Below, piece by piece: positions 18,423 to 26,764 of a stretch of DNA of 64,000 nt. A model generated the notes under the pieces. The model was not told the DNA's origin and did no database searches. It saw only the letters and a program-made list of their open reading frames with translations. The position numbers and the translations under genes were made by a program. This stretch comes from an uncultured Bdellovibrionales bacterium (GTDB lineage Bacteria > Patescibacteriota > Minisyncoccia > Moranbacterales > UBA1568). Within the stretch, counting starts at the first letter, position 1, and each line of letters begins with the position of its first letter. The stretch covers positions 39,828 through 103,827 of the forward strand of contig CAZIZG010000001.1 in assembly GCA_964543815.1 (NCBI GenBank), read 5' to 3'.

Positions 18423-19925
18423 TTATGAAAGCTTTGAAATGGCTTCCCTAAGCCGTTTAATACTCTCTTCTTTTCCCAGTACCCAGACTACTTGAGCCGG
18501 AGAGGGCGAACGCTCAGCCCCGGTCAGCGCCACCCGGAGCGGCCAAAGGAAATCCCCGCGTTTATCCCCTGCCGCCGTCAGGAGTTTTTCTTCAATACTT
18601 ACCAGGCTTCCCCACGTAACATCATCGAATTCGCCGAGAAGTTTTTCAGCTTGTTCCAAAGAGACCCTGGTCATTATCTCATCATTATCCTTCCAATGAA
18701 GTAGCTTGGCATCATAAGCAATATCCACAAAGAAAAATGGGTTCTGGATACCGATATCAGTCAGTCGAATCAACCGATCACGCTCAACAGCGAGAACACG
18801 TTTGAGGTAAATTTCTGTCTTCCGCTCATCCCCTACCACGGCAAAAAAATCATTTTGGAATTGACCGAACTCGAAAGCTCGATTATATAACTCATCAACG
18901 GAGAGCTTTTTGATATACTCTCCATTCATCCAGTCTAATTTTTTCAGATCAAACACCGCTCCGCCTTTGTGAATCTGAGAAAAATCAAAAGCCCTGACCA
19001 ATTCATCAAGGGTAAATATCTCCTGGGTACTCCCCTTCCCAGGGTTCCACCCGAGGAGTGCGACAAAATTGAGGAGTGCCTCTCTGAGATAGCCTTTTTT
19101 CAAATAATCCTCGACCGCCACATCCCCCTGACGTTTGGAAAGCTTGCTCTTGTCAGCATTGAGGAGAAGTGGCAAATGAGCAAACTGCGGCGCCTCCCAT
19201 CCGAATGCTTCATAAAGAAGGACATGCTTCGGAGTACTCGGGAGCCATTCTTCGCCTCGGATGACATGGGTAACCCGCATGAGGTGATCATCAACAACGT
19301 TGGCCAAATGATACGTCGGAAAGCCGTCAGATTTCATGAGCACCTGATCATCTACATCCTTGGTATGGATACTCACTTTGCCGCGCACCATGTCCTGAAA
19401 CACTACCGCTCCTCGCTCTGAACTCACGTTGAGACGAATGACATACGGAATTTTCTCGCCGAGTTTCTTCTCACGCTCTTCCTGTGACAAACTCAGGCAG
19501 TGTTTATCATATTTGGGCGCTCGTTTGTTTTGTGTCTGTTCATTGCGTAGTTCTTCGAGGCGCTCATGAGTGCAAAAACAATAGTACGCTTGCTTGTTTG
19601 CCAACAGCTTCTCAACATGTTCACGATATAGCGAGAGACGCTTGGATTGTTCGTATGGTCCGTACGTACCCCTTTCAACGACTGCATCATTTTCCAAAAC
19701 CATACCCTCATCAGCGCCAACAAACATACTGTCCAATGAGCGTATCAGACTTTCCATTGAACCTTCGACATAGCGCTTCTGATCAGTATCCTCAACACGA
19801 AGAATATAGGTACCCGCCTCTTTCTTGGCAAAGAGGTAGTTATAGAGGGCCGTTCGAAGGCTTCCCACATGAAGATAACCAGTCGGTGATGGGGCAAATC
19901 TGACTCGGACAGAGTTTTGAGACAT
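18423..19925 (-). CDS. gltX: glutamate--tRNA ligase
   Basis: HIGH motif 'PSPTGYLHVGS', KMSKS-like 'KLSKRQGDV', and a class-I anticodon-binding C-terminal domain. Confidence 0.9.
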   Translation of the reverse strand: MSQNSVRVRFAPSPTGYLHVGSLRTALYNYLFAKKEAGTYILRVEDTDQKRYVEGSMESLIRSLDSMFVGADEGMVLENDAVVERGTYGPYEQSKRLSLYREHVEKLLANKQAYYCFCTHERLEELRNEQTQNKRAPKYDKHCLSLSQEEREKKLGEKIPYVIRLNVSSERGAVVFQDMVRGKVSIHTKDVDDQVLMKSDGFPTYHLANVVDDHLMRVTHVIRGEEWLPSTPKHVLLYEAFGWEAPQFAHLPLLLNADKSKLSKRQGDVAVEDYLKKGYLREALLNFVALLGWNPGKGSTQEIFTLDELVRAFDFSQIHKGGAVFDLKKLDWMNGEYIKKLSVDELYNRAFEFGQFQNDFFAVVGDERKTEIYLKRVLAVERDRLIRLTDIGIQNPFFFVDIAYDAKLLHWKDNDEIMTRVSLEQAEKLLGEFDDVTWGSLVSIEEKLLTAAGDKRGDFLWPLRVALTGAERSPSPAQVVWVLGKEESIKRLREAISKLS

Positions 19926-20085
19926 TTGAGTGACTTTAGAGCGATTTTATGGCTTTACTATAACGTTTTTTGCTCATATTGTCACTATTGACTTTTTTAT
20001 AAAAATATGCTATCATACAAAGTCGACACATCGTGCCGACCTCGTTCTTCAACGGCCGATTTGGTCACAATTCTGGAGAGACCCC

Positions 20086-20340
20086 GTGCTCAACTACAAC
20101 CCCCTCGCTCACCGTGTCGTCTTCTTCTTCCTCGCCATCGGCGCCATCGGGATGCTCGCCATCCACGCCGACATGTGGTGGTTCGTGTCGAAGAGGACTT
20201 CCCTTCCAGAGATCGACATCATCGTCGGGAAGTGGGTGACCGGCATCACTGCCGCCATGAGTCTGATCATGGCCATGCAAGAGGCTCTGAACAAGGGCTA
20301 CTGGAGCGGCGGCACTTCGCTCAACCACCGCCAGGGCTGA
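20086..20340 (+). CDS. small GC-rich membrane protein (mini-gene)
   Basis: GTG start 5 nt after GGAGAG. 85 aa with two hydrophobic helices and about 63% GC. An alternative start is ATG 20151. Confidence 0.35.
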   Translation: MLNYNPLAHRVVFFFLAIGAIGMLAIHADMWWFVSKRTSLPEIDIIVGKWVTGITAAMSLIMAMQEALNKGYWSGGTSLNHRQG

Positions 20341-20358
20341 GACTCCGCCATTCGGCCA

Positions 20359-20412
20359 GGCCGCGCATCGTAAATGGACACAGATCCAGACGGTGCGCGG
20401 CCTTTACCTTTT
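20359..20412 (+). terminator. GC-rich terminator hairpin after the mini-gene
   Basis: Perfect 9-bp stem GGCCGCGCA/TGCGCGGCC with a 26-nt loop, then TTTACCTTTT. Confidence 0.45.
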
Positions 20413-20423
20413 ATACAAGAAAC

Positions 20424-21113
20424 TTATTTCTTCAAGAGCACCTTCGTTGGAAACACAATCACCGCATTCCAAATACGTCTCCATCTTTTTGGCTGGAGAA
20501 TGAGGCGCCACAGCCATTCGAGACCAATGACACGTAACCATTGTGGGGCGCGTCTTAGTTTACCGGTCAAAAAGTCAAATGCTCCACCAACACCAACAAC
20601 TAGTCGAACATCGCCCGGGTTGTTTCTCAGCGCTTCGAGAAAATACTCTTGCTCGGGAGCGCCAAAGTTACACAGTACTATCGTAGAATTTCCAATACTC
20701 CCCAATTCATTATTGACACCAAGAGAAAAAAGCTTCGGATACTTTTGCAACAGCACCGTACGGATTTCTTCATACGAGGAAAGACCATCTTTTTTCAAAG
20801 CCAAAAAAACAGCATGTCCATCCCGCTCTGCCAAAGATAAAATATCATGCACCAGATCGACGCCTGGAAAGCGCGAGATGTCCTCACCCTGAAGCAAACC
20901 CGCAAGCACCAAACCAAACCCATCCGCTATCCGTAAATCGGCATTGAGTATACTCTCCCGAAAAAGAGCATTTCGGCTCGCAAGAACCAAAAACTCGGGA
21001 TTGACCGTAACAATCCGATGAAAACGATTCTCCCTGAGAAAGCTTTCTATTTTTTCCAAAACTTTCGTTCTGGAATCAAGACTGATAGGAACTCCGAGTA
21101 TGGGAATTTGCAT
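20424..21113 (-). CDS. WecB/TagA/CpsF-family glycosyltransferase (ManNAc transferase-like)
   Basis: 'MQIPILGVPI...' plus 'VGVGGAFDFLTGKLRRAPQWL...GLEWLWRL' match the TagA/WecG family. The start is set at internal Met M46 of the long ORF. Confidence 0.7.
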   Translation of the reverse strand: MQIPILGVPISLDSRTKVLEKIESFLRENRFHRIVTVNPEFLVLASRNALFRESILNADLRIADGFGLVLAGLLQGEDISRFPGVDLVHDILSLAERDGHAVFLALKKDGLSSYEEIRTVLLQKYPKLFSLGVNNELGSIGNSTIVLCNFGAPEQEYFLEALRNNPGDVRLVVGVGGAFDFLTGKLRRAPQWLRVIGLEWLWRLILQPKRWRRIWNAVIVFPTKVLLKK

Positions 21114-21182
21114 TTCCTTCTCTTGACTTTTTATAATAAATATGCTATACAAATACCAGTTCGCTACAACCACGGGAGAAAA

Positions 21183-21368
21183 ATGCGTAAGCCTTTCATC
21201 TCGGCAACCAGCATAGCCCTGATGGCCGTCGGGTGCTGGGGTCTCCACATCAACACCAATGGCTGGCTCGGCTGGGCTTCAGTCGGTGGCATCCTCGGCG
21301 GAGGCATCATGCTGTTCCTTGCCAATATTCCGCCTCTCAACGAAGAGCGGTCGCCTACGAGCGATTAG
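21183..21368 (+). CDS. small GC-rich membrane peptide (mini-gene)
   Basis: 61 aa with two hydrophobic helices. GGGAGA upstream. Palindrome TAGACAACTTGTCTA at the stop. Confidence 0.35.
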   Translation: MRKPFISATSIALMAVGCWGLHINTNGWLGWASVGGILGGGIMLFLANIPPLNEERSPTSD

Positions 21369-21410
21369 ACAACTTGTCTAGTCGCTCTCTTTATTTTCCG
21401 AGTCAAAAAA

Positions 21411-21959
21411 TCACAATAGAGCAAAAGTATCAATTGGTTCGTAGCGCCGTTTACCATCAAGTGACAGGCTTTCAAACACGCACACCGTATCAACTGATTC
21501 CATAAGGTGCAATCGCTCTTTGAGCACGGGCTCTTCTGCCAGCTGCAGCCACTTCTGTTTTTTAATTTTGGAAAGCGTAACGTGAGGCCGATACACCTTC
21601 TTTTCCGTTACAAAAGAGGAAAATTCCTTTTCAATTTCTTCACGTAACATCTTGAGACCATCACTCGCCACACCCTCAAGCCAAATCATCTTCGGATTCT
21701 CTGGGCTGTCCATGAGCCGTACCCCGGTAAATTCAAGTTCAAATGCTTCCAGCCCTTCGCAGGCTGCCCCCACTCGAGCACAGACCTCGGCCACTTCACT
21801 TTCATGAACAAAGCCCAAAAAAAATACCGTAACGTGAAGATTTTCTGGGCGCGTCAAAAGTGAGGCGCTTTTTGGAAAAGCCTCCATTTCCTGAACCAGT
21901 CGTTTCTTCAGTCCAGGAGAAAGTGGAATACCAACAAAAAGTCTACGGGTCTTATTCAT
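21411..21959 (-). CDS. thpR: RNA 2',3'-cyclic phosphodiesterase (2H family, ThpR/LigT-like)
   Basis: Two H-x-T/S-x motifs, 'HVTVFFLG' and 'HVTLSK'. Start set at 'MNKTRRLFVGI'. Confidence 0.7.
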   Translation of the reverse strand: MNKTRRLFVGIPLSPGLKKRLVQEMEAFPKSASLLTRPENLHVTVFFLGFVHESEVAEVCARVGAACEGLEAFELEFTGVRLMDSPENPKMIWLEGVASDGLKMLREEIEKEFSSFVTEKKVYRPHVTLSKIKKQKWLQLAEEPVLKERLHLMESVDTVCVFESLSLDGKRRYEPIDTFALL

Positions 21960-22015
21960 AGTCAAAGAGTAGCCCAAAAGAGCCAAAAAATCAATTTTCT
22001 GCTAAAATACGCCAT

Positions 22016-23962
22016 ATGAAAACCCCTCAGCTCTATCGCCTGGAAGTTGCTCCCCTCCTGATTCTCCCTCTCAGCCGATCGCCTTTTTTTAGCTATGCCA
22101 GCACACAACCCATAGAAGTTGGGTCGCTCATTACCATTTCCTTTGGGTCCCAAACTGTTGAGGGAGTTGTCTTTCGTTGCCAAATTCTTCCTGGTCAAAA
22201 ACCAAGCTGGATGAAGATGGTATCCCATATTAAATTATTGAGCGCCCTCACTGCAAACCAATGTGCCCTGGCGGAGAGAATAAGTCAGGAGTATTTCACT
22301 CCGCTCGGCAAAACACTCAAGCATTTTTTGCCAAAACGCATCATCGCTAGAGACAAGATTGCGGTATCAACAACGCATCGGGTACTTCGACCCACGAAAG
22401 ACGAACTTGTCCTTTTGAGAAAATTTCTAGAAAAAAGTAATGATACTTGGTACCTCGACACTTCGCTTATTGAGCATAAGCGATGGTTACCTCTCTTTGC
22501 CAAAGAATTTCAAAAGAATAGACAGCAAGTCCTTATCTTGGTTCCTGAACTAACACTTATCCCGGCCCTCACCGCATTATTTAGTCAGTACTTCCCTAAT
22601 GATAAAATAGCCCTCCTTCATAGCCAGCTCTCACAGGGTGCTGCCTACAAAAATTGGGAACGTATCCGTACTGGTGCCGCCTCAATTATCCTCGCAACGA
22701 GACAAGGGCTCTTTGCTCCTTTTTATAACCTTGGTGGCATCATCGTCACCGAAGAGCAGGATGAAAGCTACAAGCAATGGGATATGAGTCCACGCTATCA
22801 TGGCAAACGCGTCGCAGAATACCTCGCACAGCTTCACAAAGCGAAGCTACTTTTGACATCTGGCACCCCCAGCGCTGAAAGCCTCTATCGTTTAAAGCAT
22901 AAACATATTCAACCACTAGCACCGATAGCTGTTCATACTCCCATCGGACCAGCACTCACCATCGTCAATCTCAAGCTCGAGCGGTATCGGCGTAATTTTT
23001 CACCATTATCCGAGACGCTCACCCAAGCTATTCACAATGCTCTCGCTAAAAAAGAGCAAGTACTCCTCTACATTAATCGACAAGGGCTCAATGCTTTTTC
23101 TGTCTGCGGACAATGCAAGACTGTTTTTCGATGCCCAACCTGTCATCATCCACTGACAGCAACCCGTGATGATCGATTCCGTTGCAATGCCTGCGGTCAC
23201 ACAACAGAGCTCTTTCCAAGCTGCAACACCTGCGGTCATCTCAGCTTTCGAAACGTAGGATTTGGAACGGAACGCATCGAAAAAGAGGTAGCAAAACTCT
23301 TTCCCAGGGCCCGCACCGCACGACTTGATAGCACTACTCTTCGTACCTCGCATACCCTCGAAACAACCTTCGAAAGGGGTCAAGCTGGCACCCTTGATAT
23401 ACTCGTCGGTACGCAAATGATTCTCAAAGATCCGCCCTTGCCGAAACTATCCCTCATTGCTATGATTGATGCGGATAGCATGCTTCTTTTCCCTGATTTT
23501 CAGGCTGACGAAAGGCTTTTTCGCGACCTTTCCCGGGCAGTACGCCAAGTCAAGCCATTATCTGGACAGGTTATAATACAGACCTTTCGGCCAGAAAGTG
23601 CCTTTTTTCAAAAAATTACAGAAAAGAACTCTGAGCAGATGCTTGATTCCATCCTGACGGAACGCGAGGAATTACTCTATCCGCCCTTTGCTCGTTTTTT
23701 TGCCATCGACTGTCAGGATACAACAGAAAAGAAAACTACTGCGAAAGCCGCTACTCTTTACGAGGATTTAAAAGAATTACTTCCCCGTGGTTGGCGAATA
23801 TTACCCCCACGGCTAGTAGTCCCTCTCAAGAAAAAAAATCTCTTTCACTCCACAATTCTTGTTCGTATGCCCCACGATCGGTCGTTTACGGCAAGCTGGA
23901 AAAAATTACTGATACAAAAACTAAAGGATTCTTATATCGATATCGACCCTTTGACTCTTTGA
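22016..23962 (+). CDS. priA: primosomal protein N' (PriA) homolog with degenerate helicase motifs I and II
   Basis: Collinear with E. coli PriA: motif Ia 'LVPELTL', III 'TSGTP', Cys-rich zinc-binding insert 'CGQCKTVFRCPTCHHPL...RFRCNACGH...CNTCGH', C-terminal 'LYPPFARF'. The Walker A position reads 'TSLIEHKR' and DEEH reads 'TEEQ'. Confidence 0.75.
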   Translation: MKTPQLYRLEVAPLLILPLSRSPFFSYASTQPIEVGSLITISFGSQTVEGVVFRCQILPGQKPSWMKMVSHIKLLSALTANQCALAERISQEYFTPLGKTLKHFLPKRIIARDKIAVSTTHRVLRPTKDELVLLRKFLEKSNDTWYLDTSLIEHKRWLPLFAKEFQKNRQQVLILVPELTLIPALTALFSQYFPNDKIALLHSQLSQGAAYKNWERIRTGAASIILATRQGLFAPFYNLGGIIVTEEQDESYKQWDMSPRYHGKRVAEYLAQLHKAKLLLTSGTPSAESLYRLKHKHIQPLAPIAVHTPIGPALTIVNLKLERYRRNFSPLSETLTQAIHNALAKKEQVLLYINRQGLNAFSVCGQCKTVFRCPTCHHPLTATRDDRFRCNACGHTTELFPSCNTCGHLSFRNVGFGTERIEKEVAKLFPRARTARLDSTTLRTSHTLETTFERGQAGTLDILVGTQMILKDPPLPKLSLIAMIDADSMLLFPDFQADERLFRDLSRAVRQVKPLSGQVIIQTFRPESAFFQKITEKNSEQMLDSILTEREELLYPPFARFFAIDCQDTTEKKTTAKAATLYEDLKELLPRGWRILPPRLVVPLKKKNLFHSTILVRMPHDRSFTASWKKLLIQKLKDSYIDIDPLTL

Positions 23963-23981
23963 TTCTTTATTTCTTGACTCT

Positions 23982-24467
23982 ATGTTGCCACTTGTCACCG
24001 GGGAAAACACGAAACTTCTTCTCACCAAGACCGCGCCTGTAACGGATCCTCTTGCTCCTCACATTCAAGAATTGTTGCCAAAAATGATTAAAACCATGCA
24101 TAAGGAGCAAGGGGTAGGATTGGCAGCACCACAAATCGGCATATCGCTTCGACTGGCAGTCGCTGAAGTCGAAGGCATTGTTTATTATCTTATCAATCCG
24201 GAAATTACCTCGCGATCACAAGAGCAAATAGTATCCGAAGAGGGATGCCTCAGTCTCCCAGGTGAATTTTTTCCTATTCTTCGTTCCGAAACTGTTACGG
24301 TCCGATACATCAATGAAAAGGGGTTGCCCAAAAAATTACGGGCAACGGGATTCCTGGCAACCGTTATTCAGCATGAGGTTGATCATCTCGATGGCATCCT
24401 CATCATCAATCGTTTCACTAAACAAAAAAACAAATTAACGAAGCATCCGTATGACCAAGTGGATTAG
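23982..24467 (+). CDS. def: peptide deformylase
   Basis: 'GVGLAAPQIG', 'EGCLS', 'QHEVDHLDG' metal-binding motifs. Confidence 0.9.
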   Translation: MLPLVTGENTKLLLTKTAPVTDPLAPHIQELLPKMIKTMHKEQGVGLAAPQIGISLRLAVAEVEGIVYYLINPEITSRSQEQIVSEEGCLSLPGEFFPILRSETVTVRYINEKGLPKKLRATGFLATVIQHEVDHLDGILIINRFTKQKNKLTKHPYDQVD

Positions 24468-25527
24468 TCGATTTTTTTCCGCATCCCTTAAAAAAAAATC
24501 ACCTAAAACAGTTGAGCTCCCAAGCAAATCCGGCCTTCATGTCAGAGAAGATTTGAAGCGCTCATTACGTTCTCGTACCCCAAAGATTCGCCTCGTATTC
24601 ATGGGAACACCGCCCCTCGCCGCCTCGATTTTACGCAGTCTTCACGATGAAAAATACAATATCGTTGGAGTCATCACCAAGGCAGACAAACCGGTCGGTC
24701 GCAATAAAGAACCCCAAGGAGGTCCTGTCAAAATTGTGGCGGAGGAGCTTGGTCTTCCTCTACTTCAACCACAGAAGCTTGATGCCACCACTATCGCAAA
24801 TATCCAAGCGTGGAAACCAGATCTTATTGTTGTTGCTGCGTACGGCAAAATACTTCCTGAAGCACTTCTCGCACTCCCTGGTTTTGGGTGTGTTAATTTT
24901 CACACGTCCCTCTTGCCGCAGTGGCGCGGTGCCTCGCCTATCCAAAACGCTCTCCTCGCAGGCATGACTGAAACAGGAGTAACCCTCATGCTCATGGACA
25001 CAGGCATGGACACAGGCGATATTCTCAAGCAAAAAACAGTACCGATAGCACCAGATGACACTACCCCCACCCTCACCGCTAAGCTCCTAAAAGCCGGTAC
25101 GGATTTACTTTTAGAAACGCTCCCCCTGTGGATTGAGCGACGTATTACCCCTACGAAACAAGACGATAGTCAGGCTACTCTTTGTCAGCTTATTGAACGA
25201 CAAGATGGCAAAATAATGTGGACTGATGATGCAGAAAGTATCTACAATCGCTATCGAGCGCTTTCACCTTGGCCCGGTATTTTCACCTATACTCGAAAAA
25301 AAGATTCTATTTTACGACTCAAATTACTCAAAATATCATTCCAAAAACATAGTCCGCAAATTACAAAACCGCTTGGCATGGTTTTTGAAATTGGCGAACA
25401 CATCGGGGTACAGACTACTGATGGCATCATTTTTCTCGAGGAAGTTCAACTCGAAGGAAAGTCCCCCCTCCCCATTCAAGATTTTCTCCGTGGCAACGAA
25501 AACTTCATCGGATCAATGCTTGAGTAG
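24451..25527 (+). CDS. fmt: methionyl-tRNA formyltransferase
   Basis: 'IRLVFMGTP', 'SLLPQWRGASPIQ' and a C-terminal Fmt domain. The ATG overlaps def by 17 nt. About 45 extra N-terminal residues; an in-frame TTG near 24552 would give a canonical length. Confidence 0.8.
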   Translation: MTKWISRFFSASLKKKSPKTVELPSKSGLHVREDLKRSLRSRTPKIRLVFMGTPPLAASILRSLHDEKYNIVGVITKADKPVGRNKEPQGGPVKIVAEELGLPLLQPQKLDATTIANIQAWKPDLIVVAAYGKILPEALLALPGFGCVNFHTSLLPQWRGASPIQNALLAGMTETGVTLMLMDTGMDTGDILKQKTVPIAPDDTTPTLTAKLLKAGTDLLLETLPLWIERRITPTKQDDSQATLCQLIERQDGKIMWTDDAESIYNRYRALSPWPGIFTYTRKKDSILRLKLLKISFQKHSPQITKPLGMVFEIGEHIGVQTTDGIIFLEEVQLEGKSPLPIQDFLRGNENFIGSMLE

Positions 25528-25535
25528 ACACCATT

Positions 25536-26366
25536 ATGATAAATCATGTCCGTCAGGAGCAAAAAAACTTGAGAGCCATGGCTATAAGCGCCCTCCTGGT
25601 TCTTCTCGTTGGTGGATTTTATGTTGGTCGGACCTTCTTTACTTCCAAAGGAAACGGTAGCGAAAAAACACTCTCTAGCGACACTGTTTCTGAACCCGAT
25701 GAGGAAAATACCCTCCCAACGATGACCGCAGATGTAATTAGACAGAAAATTTATAACGGAGATGCGGTGGTTTTTCTCGATACACGGGACAAGGAAAGCT
25801 TTGATGCCGAGCACATCCCACACTCTCTCCTCATGTCACCAGGCACTCTCAGTGCCTTTACTCCGGATGAAAACCAGACCGTGGTTATCGTGTATTCAGC
25901 TGCTGATACGCAGACTATTGATGCCATCCAAAACATCATGAAGCAAAAATCCTTTCCATCATATATGCTTAAGGGCGGTTTTGAAGAATGGAAGCGAAGC
26001 GGTAACCAGGTTTTGTCCCGTGGTAATCCGAACTCATTTCTCGATCAATCAAAAGTCACTTACGTCACTCCCAGTGAGGCGCTTGCCCTCATCAATGACA
26101 ACACAACTCGTACCTATATCCTCGATACTCAGACCGAGCAGGATTTTCAGCGTAAGCACATCAAGGGTGCTATAAATATCCCTTTAGATCAGCTGGAGCG
26201 TCGCTCTAAAGAAATTCCTGCCGCTCGAACCATAATCGTCTATGGAGCATCTGATCTCGTCTCCTTCCAAGCCGGCGTTCGTCTCGCCGATCTCAATATC
26301 TTCACCGCCCGGACCCTTCATGGTGACTTTGCCAAACCAGAATCAGGGTTCTTGCTTGAGCCATAA
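25536..26366 (+). CDS. membrane-anchored tandem rhodanese-domain protein (no catalytic Cys)
   Basis: N-terminal TM. Two rhodanese folds ('VVFLDTRDKESFDAEHIP', 'YILDTQTEQDFQRKHIKGAINIP'). Neither has Cys at the active-loop position. Confidence 0.65.
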   Translation: MINHVRQEQKNLRAMAISALLVLLVGGFYVGRTFFTSKGNGSEKTLSSDTVSEPDEENTLPTMTADVIRQKIYNGDAVVFLDTRDKESFDAEHIPHSLLMSPGTLSAFTPDENQTVVIVYSAADTQTIDAIQNIMKQKSFPSYMLKGGFEEWKRSGNQVLSRGNPNSFLDQSKVTYVTPSEALALINDNTTRTYILDTQTEQDFQRKHIKGAINIPLDQLERRSKEIPAARTIIVYGASDLVSFQAGVRLADLNIFTARTLHGDFAKPESGFLLEP

Positions 26367-26387
26367 TTTTCCTCTAAAAACAAAAAA

Positions 26388-26418
26388 ACACCCTTCAAAG
26401 ACTACAAGGGTATTTTTT
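26388..26418. terminator. bidirectional Rho-independent terminator between the rhodanese gene and groES
   Basis: Stem ACCCTT/AAGGGT flanked by an A-run upstream and a T-run downstream. Confidence 0.5.
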
Positions 26419-26422
26419 GATG

Positions 26423-26698
26423 CTACTTCACAACAGCCAGAATATCTTTAACCGTCGTTAATAGAAATTTTTCACCCTGAAAAGCAACCTCTTCACCACC
26501 GTAGAGACGGAAAATTACCCTGTCTCCGGCTTTGACGGTCATTTTTTCACTTCCTCCCACGGCTACCACGGTTCCAAATTGCGAACGATCTTCCTTGGCT
26601 GTTTCAGGAAGATAAATACCGGCAGCCGTCCGCTGTTCCGGTTTTTCCAACTGAACTAATACATTCTCACCCAATGGTTGAATCATTACTTTTTTCAT
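26423..26698 (-). CDS. groES: co-chaperonin GroES
   Basis: 91 aa. 'IQPLGENVLVQ...AAGIYLPETAKE...GTVVAVG' is the classic Cpn10 pattern. Confidence 0.9.
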   Translation of the reverse strand: MKKVMIQPLGENVLVQLEKPEQRTAAGIYLPETAKEDRSQFGTVVAVGGSEKMTVKAGDRVIFRLYGGEEVAFQGEKFLLTTVKDILAVVK

Positions 26699-26764
26699 AT
26701 TCTTCTCTCATTCACTGATTACGGCAAACACCATTATAGAAAAGCGGATTTCCCCCGTCAAGTA

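Noticed and set aside
20007-20537. 176-aa Arg/His-rich ORF across the GC-rich cassette
   Set aside because: It is the alternate frame of GC-rich sequence, has low-complexity RHR-rich composition, and overlaps both the mini-gene and its terminator.
21962-22228. 88-aa minus ORF upstream of thpR that overlaps the priA start
   Set aside because: It lies antisense across the thpR/priA divergent promoter region, and both neighbouring genes have motif support.
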